From Octopus bimaculoides (lineage: Eukaryota): 64,000 nt of DNA. A program made the translations under genes and the position numbers. Location: the NCBI RefSeq assembly GCF_001194135.2, contig NC_068981.1, positions 2,845,575 through 2,909,574 on the forward strand, in the 5' to 3' direction. The notes beneath the pieces were generated by a model, which saw only the letters and a program-made list of their open reading frames with translations, searched no databases and had not been told where the DNA came from. Below are positions 1 to 11,679 of this stretch, piece by piece (the first letter of the stretch is position 1; each line of letters starts with the position of its first letter).

Positions 1-145
1 AGCCTGCCACTTATTCTATTAGTTTTTTTTTACCAAACTGCTAAGTTACAGAGATGTAAACACCAATTGTCAAGCGATGGTGGGGGACAAACACAGATAC
101 AACAACATGCGGAATAGTTTTATAAGACATCCATTTGATATATAT

Positions 146-186
<41 letters not shown>

Positions 187-859
187 TCTTTCAGTTTCTG
201 CCTGCCATATCTACTCACAAGGCTTTGGTTGGCCCGAAGCTATAGTAGAAGACACTTGCCCAAGGTGCCACGCAGTGGGACTGAACCCGGAACGATGTGG
301 TTGAAAAGCAAGCTTCTTAACCACACAGCCACTCATGCGCCTGTTTGAGTGTCCACATAAATAATATATGCGTATGTATGTGTAGACATAGAAACACTTA
401 TATATATGCATGATGTGCATGAGCATCGCTGGCAAATTGTCTTATTTCTGATATTTTTTGTCTTTGTTAGTTGCCATGAGAGCTACAAAATGGCTTTTAA
501 AGCCAGCNNNNNNNNNNNNNNNNNNNNNNNNNNNNNNNNNNNNNNNNNNNNNNNNNNNNNNNNNNNNNNNNNNNNNNNNNNNNNNNNNNNNNNNNNNNNN
601 NNNNNNNGAGAGAAAGAAAGAGAGAGAGAGAGAAAGAAAGAGAGAGAGAGAGAGAGGTATTGGTATCCAGAAGACCCAAGATGGCAGGTAAGGCTATGTT
701 AGTGCTACAGAAGGGCCTTAGTTAGACTCTTGGTTTGATAATAATATGAACGAGGAGTCTAATGTGGGTCTTGTGTGAATATGTATATGCTAAAAAAAAA
801 CCGAGACAACAAAGCCAAGGCTGTGTGGAGTTTTTAGGACAGTCATAAAGAGAGAGTTA

Positions 860-907
860 GTCTTACAGTCGTTTCTGGGATATTAGGGATATCCCTTCAT
901 CAGAGAC
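860..907 (-). ncRNA. Minimal type-I hammerhead ribozyme motif (family 1, core intact)
   Basis: GUCU-CUGAUGA-A-GGGAUAU(CCCUA)AUAUCCC-A-GAA-AC(GACU)GU-A^AGAC: 4-bp stem I, 7-bp stem II, 2-bp stem III, GUA cleavage triplet. Confidence 0.65.
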
Positions 908-977
908 GATATGAGAGAGTTAACTAGAGGGAAATAATAGAGTTTAATATAAGGGAAATAGTTAACTCTCTTCTATC

Positions 978-1026
978 ATCTCTGGTGAAGGGATATCTCT
1001 AATATCCCCAGAAACAGCTGTAAGAT
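978..1026 (+). ncRNA. Minimal hammerhead motif (family 1, A6G core mutation, probably inactive)
   Basis: AUCU-CUGGUGA-A-GGGAUAU(CUCUA)AUAUCCC-CA-GAA-ACAGCUGU-A^AGAU, with palindromic stem III ACAGCUGU. Confidence 0.5.
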
Positions 1027-2279
1027 TAACTTTCTCTTTATGAATGTCCTGAAAATTCCACACAGCTTTGGCTTTGTTGTCTCATTTTATTTAACATATA
1101 TGTGCACAGGCATGGTTGTGTGACACACACACACACACACAAGCATACATATACACACAATATTTTTGATGCGACAAGCCCAAAAGTTAGTTTAAATCTT
1201 CTGTAGATTAAAGAAAGGAAATTAAGAACTTGGCTAATTATTGTTTTTAATTGTTACAATTATAATGAGAAACACCTGAAACTAACTGCATAACATATAT
1301 ATATGAAAGGAATGGCTGGCTGATTAACTGGTGTGGGGGGGGGGGGGGGGGGAGAGAAAACCTGCAAAGACCATGATAATAGCCCTTTCCTCTAAACTGA
1401 TCCAATTAGAATGCATGCACCTCTATGTAATGCATTTACACTTAGGTGTACTCTGCCACCTGCATGTGTGTGTTTCCATGTGGTGTATGTGTTTGTGCAC
1501 ATGTTTGCATGTGCATCTGTATGCACTCGTGTGTGTGTCTGCAAGCACACACTTTTTAACTGTTACTATTTTATATCTGCAGGTGTGGCTGTGTGCTAAG
1601 AAGTTTCTTCCCAACCACATGGTTACAGGCTCAATCCTACTGCATGGCACCTTGACCAAGTGTCTTCTACTATAGCCCTGGGCTGACTAAAGCCTTGTGA
1701 GTGGATCTGGTAGATGGAAACTGAAAGAAGCCTGTTGTATATATAATGTGTGTGTGTGAGTGTGTGTGCATGCACGCCTATGCAGATATGTATATGTATG
1801 CATGTTCAGATGTGTGTGTGTGTGCGTGTGCGTGTGTGTGTATGTGTTACCCTCCACGCACTACTTAACCAGTATTAGTTTGTTTATGTCCCCATAAGTT
1901 AGTTATTCAGCAAAACAGACCAACAGAATAAATACTAAACTTAAGAAGTAAATATTGGATCAATTAATTTGACTAAACTCTTGACTGAAACCGATAAAAG
2001 AAAGTCGTATATAATCTTAAACAGTTTCAAAAGAAACAACCAATGATTGTCGTCTCTGAAAATTATAACAACAGGTCTTATATAAACCCAAAATAGCTTC
2101 AATGCATTGCCTGTTATTTTCATCTAAAGATCCTACATACAGGTGAACATTCCCAGTTTTCAAGTGTTCTTTCGTTCAAGCTCCATCTAAGATAATCGCA
2201 ATATATTTGACACAAATTGGCTTTCAGAAATCTTACATTTGACTACATTCAATAGTGCAATATATTTGACAGTGTGATT

Positions 2280-2390
2280 TAAACGTGGAAGAGACAGACC
2301 AAAGAAAACCGAGAAGGAAGTAGCTTAAGCCGGAACTATTTTGGTTCCATTCACAAAATGACTTGACAGGAGTCGTTCTGCAGACTTTTC
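2280..2390 (+). mobile_element. Decayed RTE-clade LINE C-terminal fragment
   Basis: Translates KRGRDRPKKTEKEVA*...TK*LDRS, resembling the RTE end GRGRP(R/K)KTW.EVV...DR; short and interrupted. Confidence 0.35.
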
Positions 2391-3437
2391 TGACGAGTGA
2401 CAAATAGAATAAAAAATGAACACTAAAGATGATGATGATAATGATAATGTTAACAACGGCTGTGATCTATGAATGCTCTTGCATAGATTTAAGATGATAA
2501 ACATGTAAATTTACAAAAGCAATCATATTGTTTGGCTTTCAGTATCACCACACAATATAAAACAGGTAAATACTTAAAACATCAATAAAATTAATCAGCC
2601 CATTTAGAGAGTACCTTTGAATCGTTGGGCAACATGCTGTGCTTGATGAGACATATTGAGTCGAGTAAACCAAATGGAAATTGTAGTCGTGGCCGATACC
2701 AGTGCTGGTGGCATGCAATAAGCACTATCCGAATGTGGTTGATGCCAGCTTCTTCGCTCCGACTGGCTCCTGTGCCGGTGGCATGAAAAAAGCAGCATCT
2801 GAACGTGGCTGATGCCAGTGCCGCCTGACTGGCTCCTGTGCCAGTGGCACATAAAAAGCACCAACTATACTCTAGGAGGGGTTGGCATTAGGAAGGGCAT
2901 CCAGTTGTAGAAACTCTGGCAGATCAGATTGGAGCCTGGGGCAGCCGCTGGCTCTCCAGACCTCAGTCAAACTGTGTAACCCATGCCCGCATGGAAAATA
3001 GACGTTTAACTATGATGATGAATGCATAGAACTTAAAGATAAACTCAGTTTAATAGTTTATTGCAAATGTTTAGTGATAGATATTGGTTAATGTAACCAT
3101 TTCGCAACTATAAGTCTAAACAAGCTGTAACATAGCACCAATGAAATAGATAAATTCAGCTGCCCCACACAATATTGCCAAACTTCATAAATTATGTAGT
3201 CAACGAGTTTGTCCATACACTCAACACACAAAGCGACAAGTGCATATGAGTAAGAACACAATACTAAACGAAAGTCTAAAATGGTCTCCAAAATCAGACA
3301 CAAAAGACAGACAAAAAAAAAAGCAAAAATCATTGCAGTTATTATGTCTCAAACTTTAGCAACATCCAGACTGTATTCTTTAAATCATGAGATTTAAAGA
3401 ATATAGTCTGGATGTTGTTGAAGGAAACTGTTTTCTT

Positions 3438-3474
<37 letters not shown>

Positions 3475-4002
3475 ATTTTTCAAAACATGTGCTTTAGTTA
3501 GTTGCTCTGATCAGCAAATAAATGAGAAAAAGATTATGAATGTAACATTGATAAATAACTTTATAAATTGTAATGAAGGTAATTGGGACAGTGCCTTGCT
3601 TGAGAGGGCAGATGGGAAAGAAGGACGTCCTGAGAAATACAGGTAAGACAACATAAGAGGGTGAACGTTTGAGGGGGAGTGAGAGAGATGGCACAAGGTT
3701 GATGTGCTCCAGAGAAATACAAAGCTCTATGTATTATCTCATAGTTACAAAAGGATTTTATGTGTGTGCAAGTGTGTGTGTGTATATACACATACACTAC
3801 CTGATAAGCAAATAAAATAAAAATACACAGAATAGGCACAGTTGATGCTGGGAAGATGAACAGAGCAAAGTAACAGCATGTCTACCATAAACACTACTGC
3901 ATGAGATTACAAAAACACGACTGTTGTATACACCAGGGTTTACTACTCTACAGAAACACTCATGTTTACTACAACACAAACCCCATTGTTGTAAACACCA
4001 TC

Positions 4003-4470
4003 GTCATCATCATCATCGTTTAACGTCCGCTTTCCATGCTGGCATGGGTTGGACAGTTTGACAGAGGTCTGGAGAGCCAGCAGCTGCACCAGGCTCCAAT
4101 CTGATCAGGCAAGGTTTCTACAGCTGGATGCCCTTCCTAATGCCAACCAATCCGAGAGTGTAGTGGGTGCTTTTACGTGCCACCAGCACAGGAGCCAGTC
4201 AGGCGGGCCTGGCATCGATCACGTTCAGATGGTGCTTTTAACATACCACCGGCACAAAAGCCAGTCGGGGGTACTGGCTTTGGACATGATCAGTTGGTGC
4301 TTTTTACGTGCCACCGGCACAGGAGCCAATCGGGCAGACCTGGCATCAACCACGTTCAGATGGTGCTTTTTATGTGTCACCAGCACGGGAACCAGTCTGG
4401 TGGTACTGGCATCAATGCCACCAGCACGGGAGCCAGTCTGTGCTTATAATGGTAGGACTTTACAAGTAAG
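4003..4470 (-). mobile_element. RTE-tailed SINE / RTE 3' UTR element, family A, with internal tandem modules (others 2604-3022 plus, 7285-7525 plus, 11244-11641 minus, 15740-16230, 28815-29160, 43355-43735 minus, 47410-47600 plus, 53720-53960, 60070-60230)
   Basis: Conserved GGCATTAGGAAGGGCATCCAGCTGTAGAAA...CCAACCCATGCCAGCATGGAAAGCGGACGTTAAA followed by a (GAT)n tail; more than 15 copies. Confidence 0.8.
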
Positions 4471-4589
4471 AAATGATTAAAAAAATCCTAAACTGCTGGA
4501 CCTGAAATGCAGGAGATAGTTCTATGAGAAAAGAAACCAACTATTTGTATCAATAAGGACATTTTGCTGTGTCTTCACCCTTGAAAAAG

Positions 4590-4890
4590 TTGTCTTATGG
4601 TCTAATCAGGAGTTAGGGGCTGTGCCCATGACCTCTGCAGGTTCCCTGAGATATGGAACATCAATATATAGAACAACTGCTGGAAATACATGGTCAGAAA
4701 AAAGATTCCAGAAGATTGATATTGTGGGGAAGAAGGACTGGATGAAGTGGTAAGTGAAAGGAAAGTGTAAGTAATAAGAGGAGATGGCACAAATGTGAGG
4801 ACTGGGTGGCGGTTGAGTGTAACTAGAAGGTTTAGAAGAGAAGAGACCATTGTAGTAGTTGTACAATAAACAGAGGGAGGAGACACTGCA
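4590..4890 (-). mobile_element. Decayed CR1/L2/Jockey-type LINE 3' fragment
   Basis: Translates SVSSLCLLYNYYNG...IQSFFPTISIFWNLFSDHVFP, matching the typical C-terminal S.L..FYRYY.G...SFFP.T...WN.LP..VFP. Confidence 0.55.
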
Positions 4891-7800
4891 TCATGGGCTA
4901 CAAATGAAAAATGGCAAACTTAACAAATTGGGTGGAGAGAACACACTGACATTCAGAAACATCATCATCCTTCAACAGCCAGCTTCCATGCTGGCATGAG
5001 TTGGACAGTCTCACAAGATCCTATGGGCCTGAAGACTACAGCAGGTTCCAATGTTTGTTTTTTCATGATTTTTACGGCTGGATACTTTTCCAGATGCCAA
5101 CCAGTTTAAAGAGTGTATCTGGTACTTCTTTTCATGGCACCAGCAGCCGGGAAACACGAAGATCCTATTCTACTGATAGTGGCTACAGTAGAGGAGGCAG
5201 CTTTATGCTAAGAGATGAAAAATTAGGGTATGAAAGAAGAAGGGGTTAGAAGCAAACGGGTTTCTTGATGGAGACGAGCTTCATGGCTATGACACATATA
5301 CACACATACATCATCATTGTTGTTTTAGTGTCCACATTTCCAGGCTTGCATGGGTCAGATAGAAGTTGTTGAGACACATTTTCCCTTTGGCCAGATGCCC
5401 TTCCTGTCACAAACCCTCACCCGTTTCCAAGCAAAATAATATTTCCCTACAGTCAGACAAATGACACTGCTTGTATGAGGTTGAACACATACTTACAGCC
5501 ATCATGAGATGTCAGGATAAGTAAACACACATGTATATATAATGTGCTTCTTTCAGTTTCCATCTAATTCACAAGGTTTTGGTCAGCCCAAAGCTATAGT
5601 AGAAGACACCTGTCTAAGGGACTGAACCTGAAACCACATAGTTGGAAACTAAACTTCCTAAACATACAACCATGCCTCTCTCTTTCTCATATATATATAT
5701 ATATACAAACACGTGTCTGTGTGTATAAATATATACAAACACACATACATACATGTATATATATACATATATGTATTCCCAAGTTTGTGTGAAGGTTTAC
5801 AAAATTATGCAGAGATACGAGAGTGCACAGTGCGTCACTGACAGCAGCCCAGTTACAAATGGTGCAATCATCACTTTTGTAACTGGGCTGCAACCAGTGA
5901 AGTTTGACAACATTTCTTGTCAACAAAAATCACCCATCTCTTCCACCGGAATCGAAATCCCTTACCTGAAAATCAGGTAAGGATTGGTGACAGGAAGTGT
6001 ATCTGGCCATAAAAATCCTGCCTCAAAAATTTACCTCCACTTAAGCCAAGCTAACATAGAAAATAGACATTAAACAAAACAAGAAACAAACAAACATAAT
6101 AATAAAAGATGTTTACATTGTAACATATTAAGGTTGATGTATGAATAACAAATTTTCCTCATCAAATTACATTGTTAATTTTTATCTCATTTGACGATTT
6201 AAGTTCTCCATTCCTGACTATATAATCATTCTTTTTTCCTATCATATTTTGTTTAGCTATTTTTTGTTCAGTTTTTCATTCAGTTTTCACAAATTACAAT
6301 TAGACATACCACAATCAATACCAAAGAATATATTTTAAAATTTAAAGTTAAACAGATGCCAAAATATCATTGTATATGATACAATAATCCACACCCTTAT
6401 ATATATATATTCTTTGTATTTGTTTATAAACATAATACTGTTGTTCATACAAAGTAGACAAAACAACCTCATTGAAATTCACGAAACACATTCAAGGAAG
6501 CAATGTTTTGAAATAAAATTATACAAAGGTGATGCAGAAGACAAAAACAAATATGTTCAAAGTTACATTATACTTTTACTGTATAGCTATTTTTGTATAT
6601 TATAAAGTAAAAGTACAGAAATGATATTGAAAGTATGAAATACCAAAATCACCATAAAAACTCACATTCACACAATGTTTCCCTGAGGAAGTTTAATAAG
6701 ACCAAACTAGGTCCTAAGTTGTCACTGTAGTTTCCAGCAATCTGACTCACTCTCCACTGCAGGCTCCCATTCAATATCAGATTTTGAACTTCAGAATTTC
6801 TCCCAACTATCACCACCACCACCTTGCTTTTCTTGCTAATGAGCTAAGGGAAATAACTCGAATGTGACAATGGCAAAAATTTGGAAAAAATACAGGTTAA
6901 TGAAGTGATGTATGAAATGGCATATACCAAAACTTCTCAAAAGAAATTTCGCTCTGGGCTGGAGAAAGACAACTAAAACCTAGCAGTAATCATTAGCAAC
7001 TCTCATACGGGAAGCTAATTTCAAGAAATTAAGAATTAATCCTTCCAAGTAAATCTACGTAATTAGAAGACCAGTTCTAGGCAAGGGACAGCTATGGGCT
7101 CGTTTCAGTTAGATTAACTCTTAATTTCCTCATTTCTTTGAAGGGTAGTTAAGAACTGCCTCTACACCTTTTTTTTTTTTTACTTTCTATTTCCAAGAAG
7201 CAATTTTTTTTTTTTGTTTTGTATGCAGCATTCAATACATCACCCTCTAAGTTTCTTGTTCGTAATTTTTCTTTTCATAAAAAGCACCATTCGAACATGG
7301 TCAATGCCAGTGCCACCTGACTGGCTCCCATGCCAGTGACATGTAAAAAGCACTAACTACATTCTTGGAGTGGTTGGTGTTAGGAAGGGCATCCAGGTGT
7401 AGAAACTCTGCCAGATCAGATTGGAGACTGGTGCAGCCATCTGGTTTGCCAGTCTTCAGTCAAACTGCCCAACCCATGCCAGCATGGAAAACGGACGTTA
7501 AACAATGATGATGATGATGATGATGATTATTATTATTATTACATTGTAATTTTAATTGGTTGAACAATTTTGGAGGAAGGCTCATCACATTATATCAGTT
7601 TCACCCATTTTTAATCTATATGGGCACTCTCTGTCTGCCTGCATGTGTGTACATAGCTACACTGATCCACCTATACAAGCAAACATATGTACAGACATTA
7701 TATATATATATATCTGCATATATGTACGTACATATTTCCAGAACTGCAAACCTCTACAAATCTCTCTTTTGGTTTGATACGTGACAACAGTTACTAGATA

Positions 7801-8621
7801 TGACAGGTAAAAATCCTTTACCAATAGATTGAAAGTAGTAATCAATAATGAGATAATCAAAGACCTCGTCCATTCAGCCATCTTCAGTGGAATAAGCCAA
7901 ATCTATTCCATATTAGAATAAGCTAACAAAGAAAGAGTTAAAACAGAGCCAAGTCAGACTATCTTCACTGGAGACAGAAATGAGAAACAAGTTGACTGAT
8001 GGGTCTTGCATTACACGTCTCTATCACTTGCCAGGAAACTGTTACCGTTTCCACACAGAGAGCCTTCTATCTTCTCAATGAATTGTTTCTGCTATTTTTA
8101 AAACAAGAAAATTAGTCAGTCACTATGCATTAGCAAGGTAGGTTACTGTACAAATGCCGAAGGCACATTATAGTGTGATCAATAATCTAGTTACCTGGTT
8201 AAATGATAGATATCTGCTTCGTAACTCATCAATGAGTCTGCTGGTCTTCTCCATCTCAAATTAACGAGCATTGCTTTTTATCTTTTATTTGTTTCAGTCA
8301 CTAGACTGTGGCCATGCTGGGGCACTGCCTTGAAGAATTTTTAGTTGAATGAATTGACCCCAAGACTTATTTTTTAAAGCCTGGTACTTTTTCTATCAGT
8401 CTCTTTTGCGAAAACGCTAAGTTACAAGGCAAAAACACACCGACACTAGTTGTCAAGTGGTGGTGGTGGTTGGGGGGAGAACAAACAGACACACACACAT
8501 ATATATACGACAGGTTTCCACACAGTTTCTGTCTACCAAATCTACTCACAAGGCTTTGGTTGGCCTGAGTCTACAGTAGGAGATACTTGCCCAAGGTGCC
8601 ATGTGGTTGGGAAGCAAACTT

Positions 8622-8838
8622 CTTATTTCTTTATTGCCCACAAGGGGCTAAACATAGAGGGGACAAACGGATAAAGTCGATTACATCGACCCCAGTGCGT
8701 AACTGGTACTTAATTTATCGACCCCAAAAGGATGAAAGGCAAAGTCGACCTCGGCGGAATTTGAACTCAGAACATAGCGGCAGACGAAATACCACTAGGC
8801 ATTTCGCCCAGCATATTTAACGATTCTGCCAGCTCGCA
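8622..8838 (-). mobile_element. tRNA-derived SINE, family C, young copy (others 29398-29625 minus, 51588-51795 plus, 46900-47070, 27170-27400, 55140-55330)
   Basis: GAGTTCAAATTCC B-box and conserved CTTTCATCCTTTYGGGGTCGATAAATTAAGTACCAG domain; many copies. Confidence 0.85.
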
Positions 8839-8919
8839 GGAAGCAAACTTCTTGCCACACAGTCACACCTGCACCCGTTATAATTTTAATAATTAATTCG
8901 TAGTCATTATAGCACTTAC

Positions 8920-9207
8920 CTTCGACAATGGAGTGTGTTTCCTTACACATGATATGTCATCAGTATCCACACTCATCGTGAGCAACTGATCGATGGTTGC
9001 ATCAACAGCACCATCATTGGCTCTCAAAATGGCCTCTATTACATCTTCTTCCATGCTGGGAAACATATGCTTGAAGTCTGACATAGCCTGGTAAAAATCC
9101 AGTTGGCGTGTGTGTGTACGCGATACAGTTCCACCTGGCAGCGTTTCTCGGCGGGGATGGTCACGCCGTCGCCTGTTGTTCAGCTTCTGAGTATCAGCTG
9201 AAGCCAT
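8920..9207 (-). CDS. CUEDC1: CUE domain-containing protein 1, first coding exon (96 codons, phase-0 donor); remaining exons lie outside the window
   Basis: Translation RQLDFYQAMSDFKHMFPSMEEDVIEAILRANDGAVDATIDQLLTM closely matches the CUEDC1 CUE domain as I recall it (LEFxQAMxDFKxMFP...LRANxGAVDATIDQLL). It ends at a strong donor AAG|GTAAGT at 8920/8919 after exactly 288 nt. I found no downstream WNPPLLG-type exon in 1-8900. Confidence 0.9.
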
Positions 9208-9493
9208 TTTGTGGAATTTTGTTTATGTTTTTTTTTTTTTAATATTCTATGTTTTGATTTGTTTTATGTGTTTTTTTTAATACGAAAATGAGGAATCACA
9301 GATACAAAATGGATTCTTGTTTTCTCTTCAACAGACAAGGTTTTTCTTTCTTTTTCGTTTTTTTAAAATCTAATTCAGTTATATATATATATAAATATAT
9401 ATAAATGCATTGTGTGCATGAATAAGTGTGTTTGTGTGTGTGTGTGTGTTTACATATGTGTGTGTGTGTATATACATATGGATATATATATAT

Positions 9494-9524
<31 letters not shown>

Positions 9525-9577
9525 CACCCTTCTCCTTCAGGTAATTACTGGTGTTGCTATTTCATCCATACTTCAGC
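9208..9577 (-). other. Probable 5' UTR portion of the ATG-containing exon
   Basis: The best minus-strand acceptor upstream of the ATG is a T-run followed by AG|GCTGAAG at 9578/9577. The intervening sequence is microsatellite and A-rich with stops. Confidence 0.5.
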
Positions 9578-9727
9578 CTAAAAAAAAAAAAAAAAATATA
9601 TATATATAAATAGAAATATTAAATACTGAAATATTAAAGTAAAAGTTACATTTTATTACAGACTAATTTGATGAAATGCATAGTGTAACTTATCTTAAAA
9701 TAGAATGAAGTAAAAAAAAAAAAAAAG

Positions 9728-10060
9728 CAACACCAACGTCCTCTCAACGATTAGCAGGAGATGGTTTTTAGAATGAGAAATTCTGAAATATGCTCGGCTG
9801 ATCTCACAAACGAGAATACTAAAAATGAATCCAACCGCTCTCAAAAATTAAGTAAAAAGACAGGAAAAATAATCCAGAATCCTTGTCCGGTATTGGATCG
9901 ATCGCAAAATCTAAGCAGTTTGTGCCAGCCACAAGGCCAAACATACCTGAAAGTTTCATCCGAATCCATCCAGCAGTTCTTGAGATATCTTGTCCACGGA
10001 CAAACAAACAAACAAACGCAACTGAAAACAATACCTCTGCCTTCGCTGAAGCAGAGGTAA
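9728..10060 (+). mobile_element. Helentron-associated non-autonomous element (HINE/DINE-1-like), 5'-truncated
   Basis: (CAAA)n microsatellite, AAGTTTCATCCGAATCC core and 3' hairpin ACCTCTGC-CTTCGCTGAA-GCAGAGGT (10033-10058); homologous to 55343-55692. Confidence 0.65.
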
Positions 10061-10389
10061 TAATCACTTTTAAAAAAGAATCTACTATAATAATACTCTT
10101 GAGTTTTTCTCTGTCGCAACATATGAATGAGAAAGGAAGGGGTGATAGACGAATAAGGAAGGAAGGGGTGATGGCAAACTGGTAGTGGGATGGTGAACAT
10201 GCAATGCTGAAAAGAAAAATCAAACAGTGTTTCAACTCTATGTGAGTATATGCGTGTATGTGTGTGTGTACAAACATGTGAATGTTTGTATGCATGATTA
10301 TTATGTACCTTATTTATATATAAAATGCTACAATTAGCCGTCATTTTTGACAGCACAGGGCCAGCTGGTATGAAAATGAATACCATATA

Positions 10390-11243
10390 AGGCAAAATGC
10401 TCAGAAGTATTGCATCTGTCTTTACATTCTGAGTTCAAATTCAGCTGAAGCAAATTTTGTTTTTCATCCTCTCAGGGTTGATAAAATAGGTACCAGCTGA
10501 GCAGTGGGGTCGACATAACTGACTAAGCCCCACCCTCAAACTTTCTGGCCTTGTGCCAAAATTTGAAACCATAGGATGGTGAGTTGGCCGAATGATTAGC
10601 ATGCTTAGTGGCATTTTACCAGTCCTTATGTTCCGAGTTCAAACACTACCAAGGCCGACTTTGCCTTTGATCTCCTTGTGTTTGATAAAATAAGTACTAG
10701 TTGGTCTCTAGGAGTCAATCTAATTGACTTAGCCCCTCCTCTGGAATTGCTGGCCTTGTGCCAAAATTTGAAATTATTATCATTATTATTAGGTGAGCTG
10801 GCAGAATCATTAGCATGCTGGACAAAATGCTTGGTGGTATTTCGCCTGTTGCTACATTCTGAGTTCAAACTCCACTGATGTCAACTTTGCCTTTCATCCT
10901 TTCAGGGGTCAATAAAAAAGAGCACCAATCAACCAGAGGAGTTTATGTAGTCGACTTACCTGCTCCCATGCAGTTGCTGGCCTTGTGCCAAAATTTGAAA
11001 CCATTATTATTATTATTATTATTATTATTATCATTATTATTAAAGTGATGAGCTGGCAGTATTGTTAGCCCACTGGGCAAAATGCTTGGTGGCATTTCAT
11101 CCGTTATGATCTGAGTTCAAATTCCACTGGGGTCAACTTTGCCTTTCATCCTTTCAAGGTTGATAAAATAAGTACCAGTTGAATACTGAGCATCGATGTA
11201 ATTGGTTTATCCCCTCCCCCAAATTTCAGGTCTGTGCCTATAG
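10390..11243 (+). mobile_element. Four head-to-tail family C SINE copies
   Basis: Repeated GAGTTCAAA...CTTTCATCCT...TTGTGCCAAAATTTGAAA units, mostly separated by (ATT)n. Confidence 0.8.
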
Positions 11244-11643
11244 TCATCATCATCATCGTTTAACGTCCGCTTTCCATGCTAGCATGGGTTGGACGATTTG
11301 ACTGAGGACTGGTGAAACCGGATGGCAACACCAGGCTCCAATCTAATTTGGCAGAGTTTCTACAGCTGGATGCCCTTCCTAACGCCAACCACTCAGAGAG
11401 TGTAGTGGGTGCTTTTACGTGTCACCTGCACGAAGGCCAGTCAGGCGGTACTGGCAACGGCCACGCTCGAAATGGTGTCTTTTATGTGCCACCCGCACAA
11501 AAGCCAGTCCAGGGGCACTGGCAACGATCTCGCTCGAAAACCCTACGAAGGCCAGTCAGGCAGCACTGGCAACGGTCACGCTCAAAATGGTGCATCTTAT
11601 GTGCCACCCGCACAAGAGCCAGTCCAGGGGCCCTGGCAAAAGG

Positions 11644-11679
<36 letters not shown>

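Larger units (their letters stand above)
783..1103. mobile_element. Fold-back (palindromic) PLE-derived element, hammerhead family 1
   Basis: About 120-bp inverted arms (803-924 and 961-1083, loosely extending outward) around a 36-bp spacer; each arm carries a hammerhead motif facing outward. Confidence 0.7.

Noticed and set aside
6050-7200. Transposon-poor AT-rich stretch that reads like a minus-strand 3' UTR (possible intronic polyadenylation)
   Set aside because: No clear AATAAA on the minus strand and no terminal-exon acceptor identified.
7822-7922. 101-nt minus-strand segment with a good acceptor and a GTAAAG donor downstream of the CUE exon
   Set aside because: Stops in all three frames and no CUEDC1-like residues; at most a cryptic or poison exon, unsupported without RNA data.
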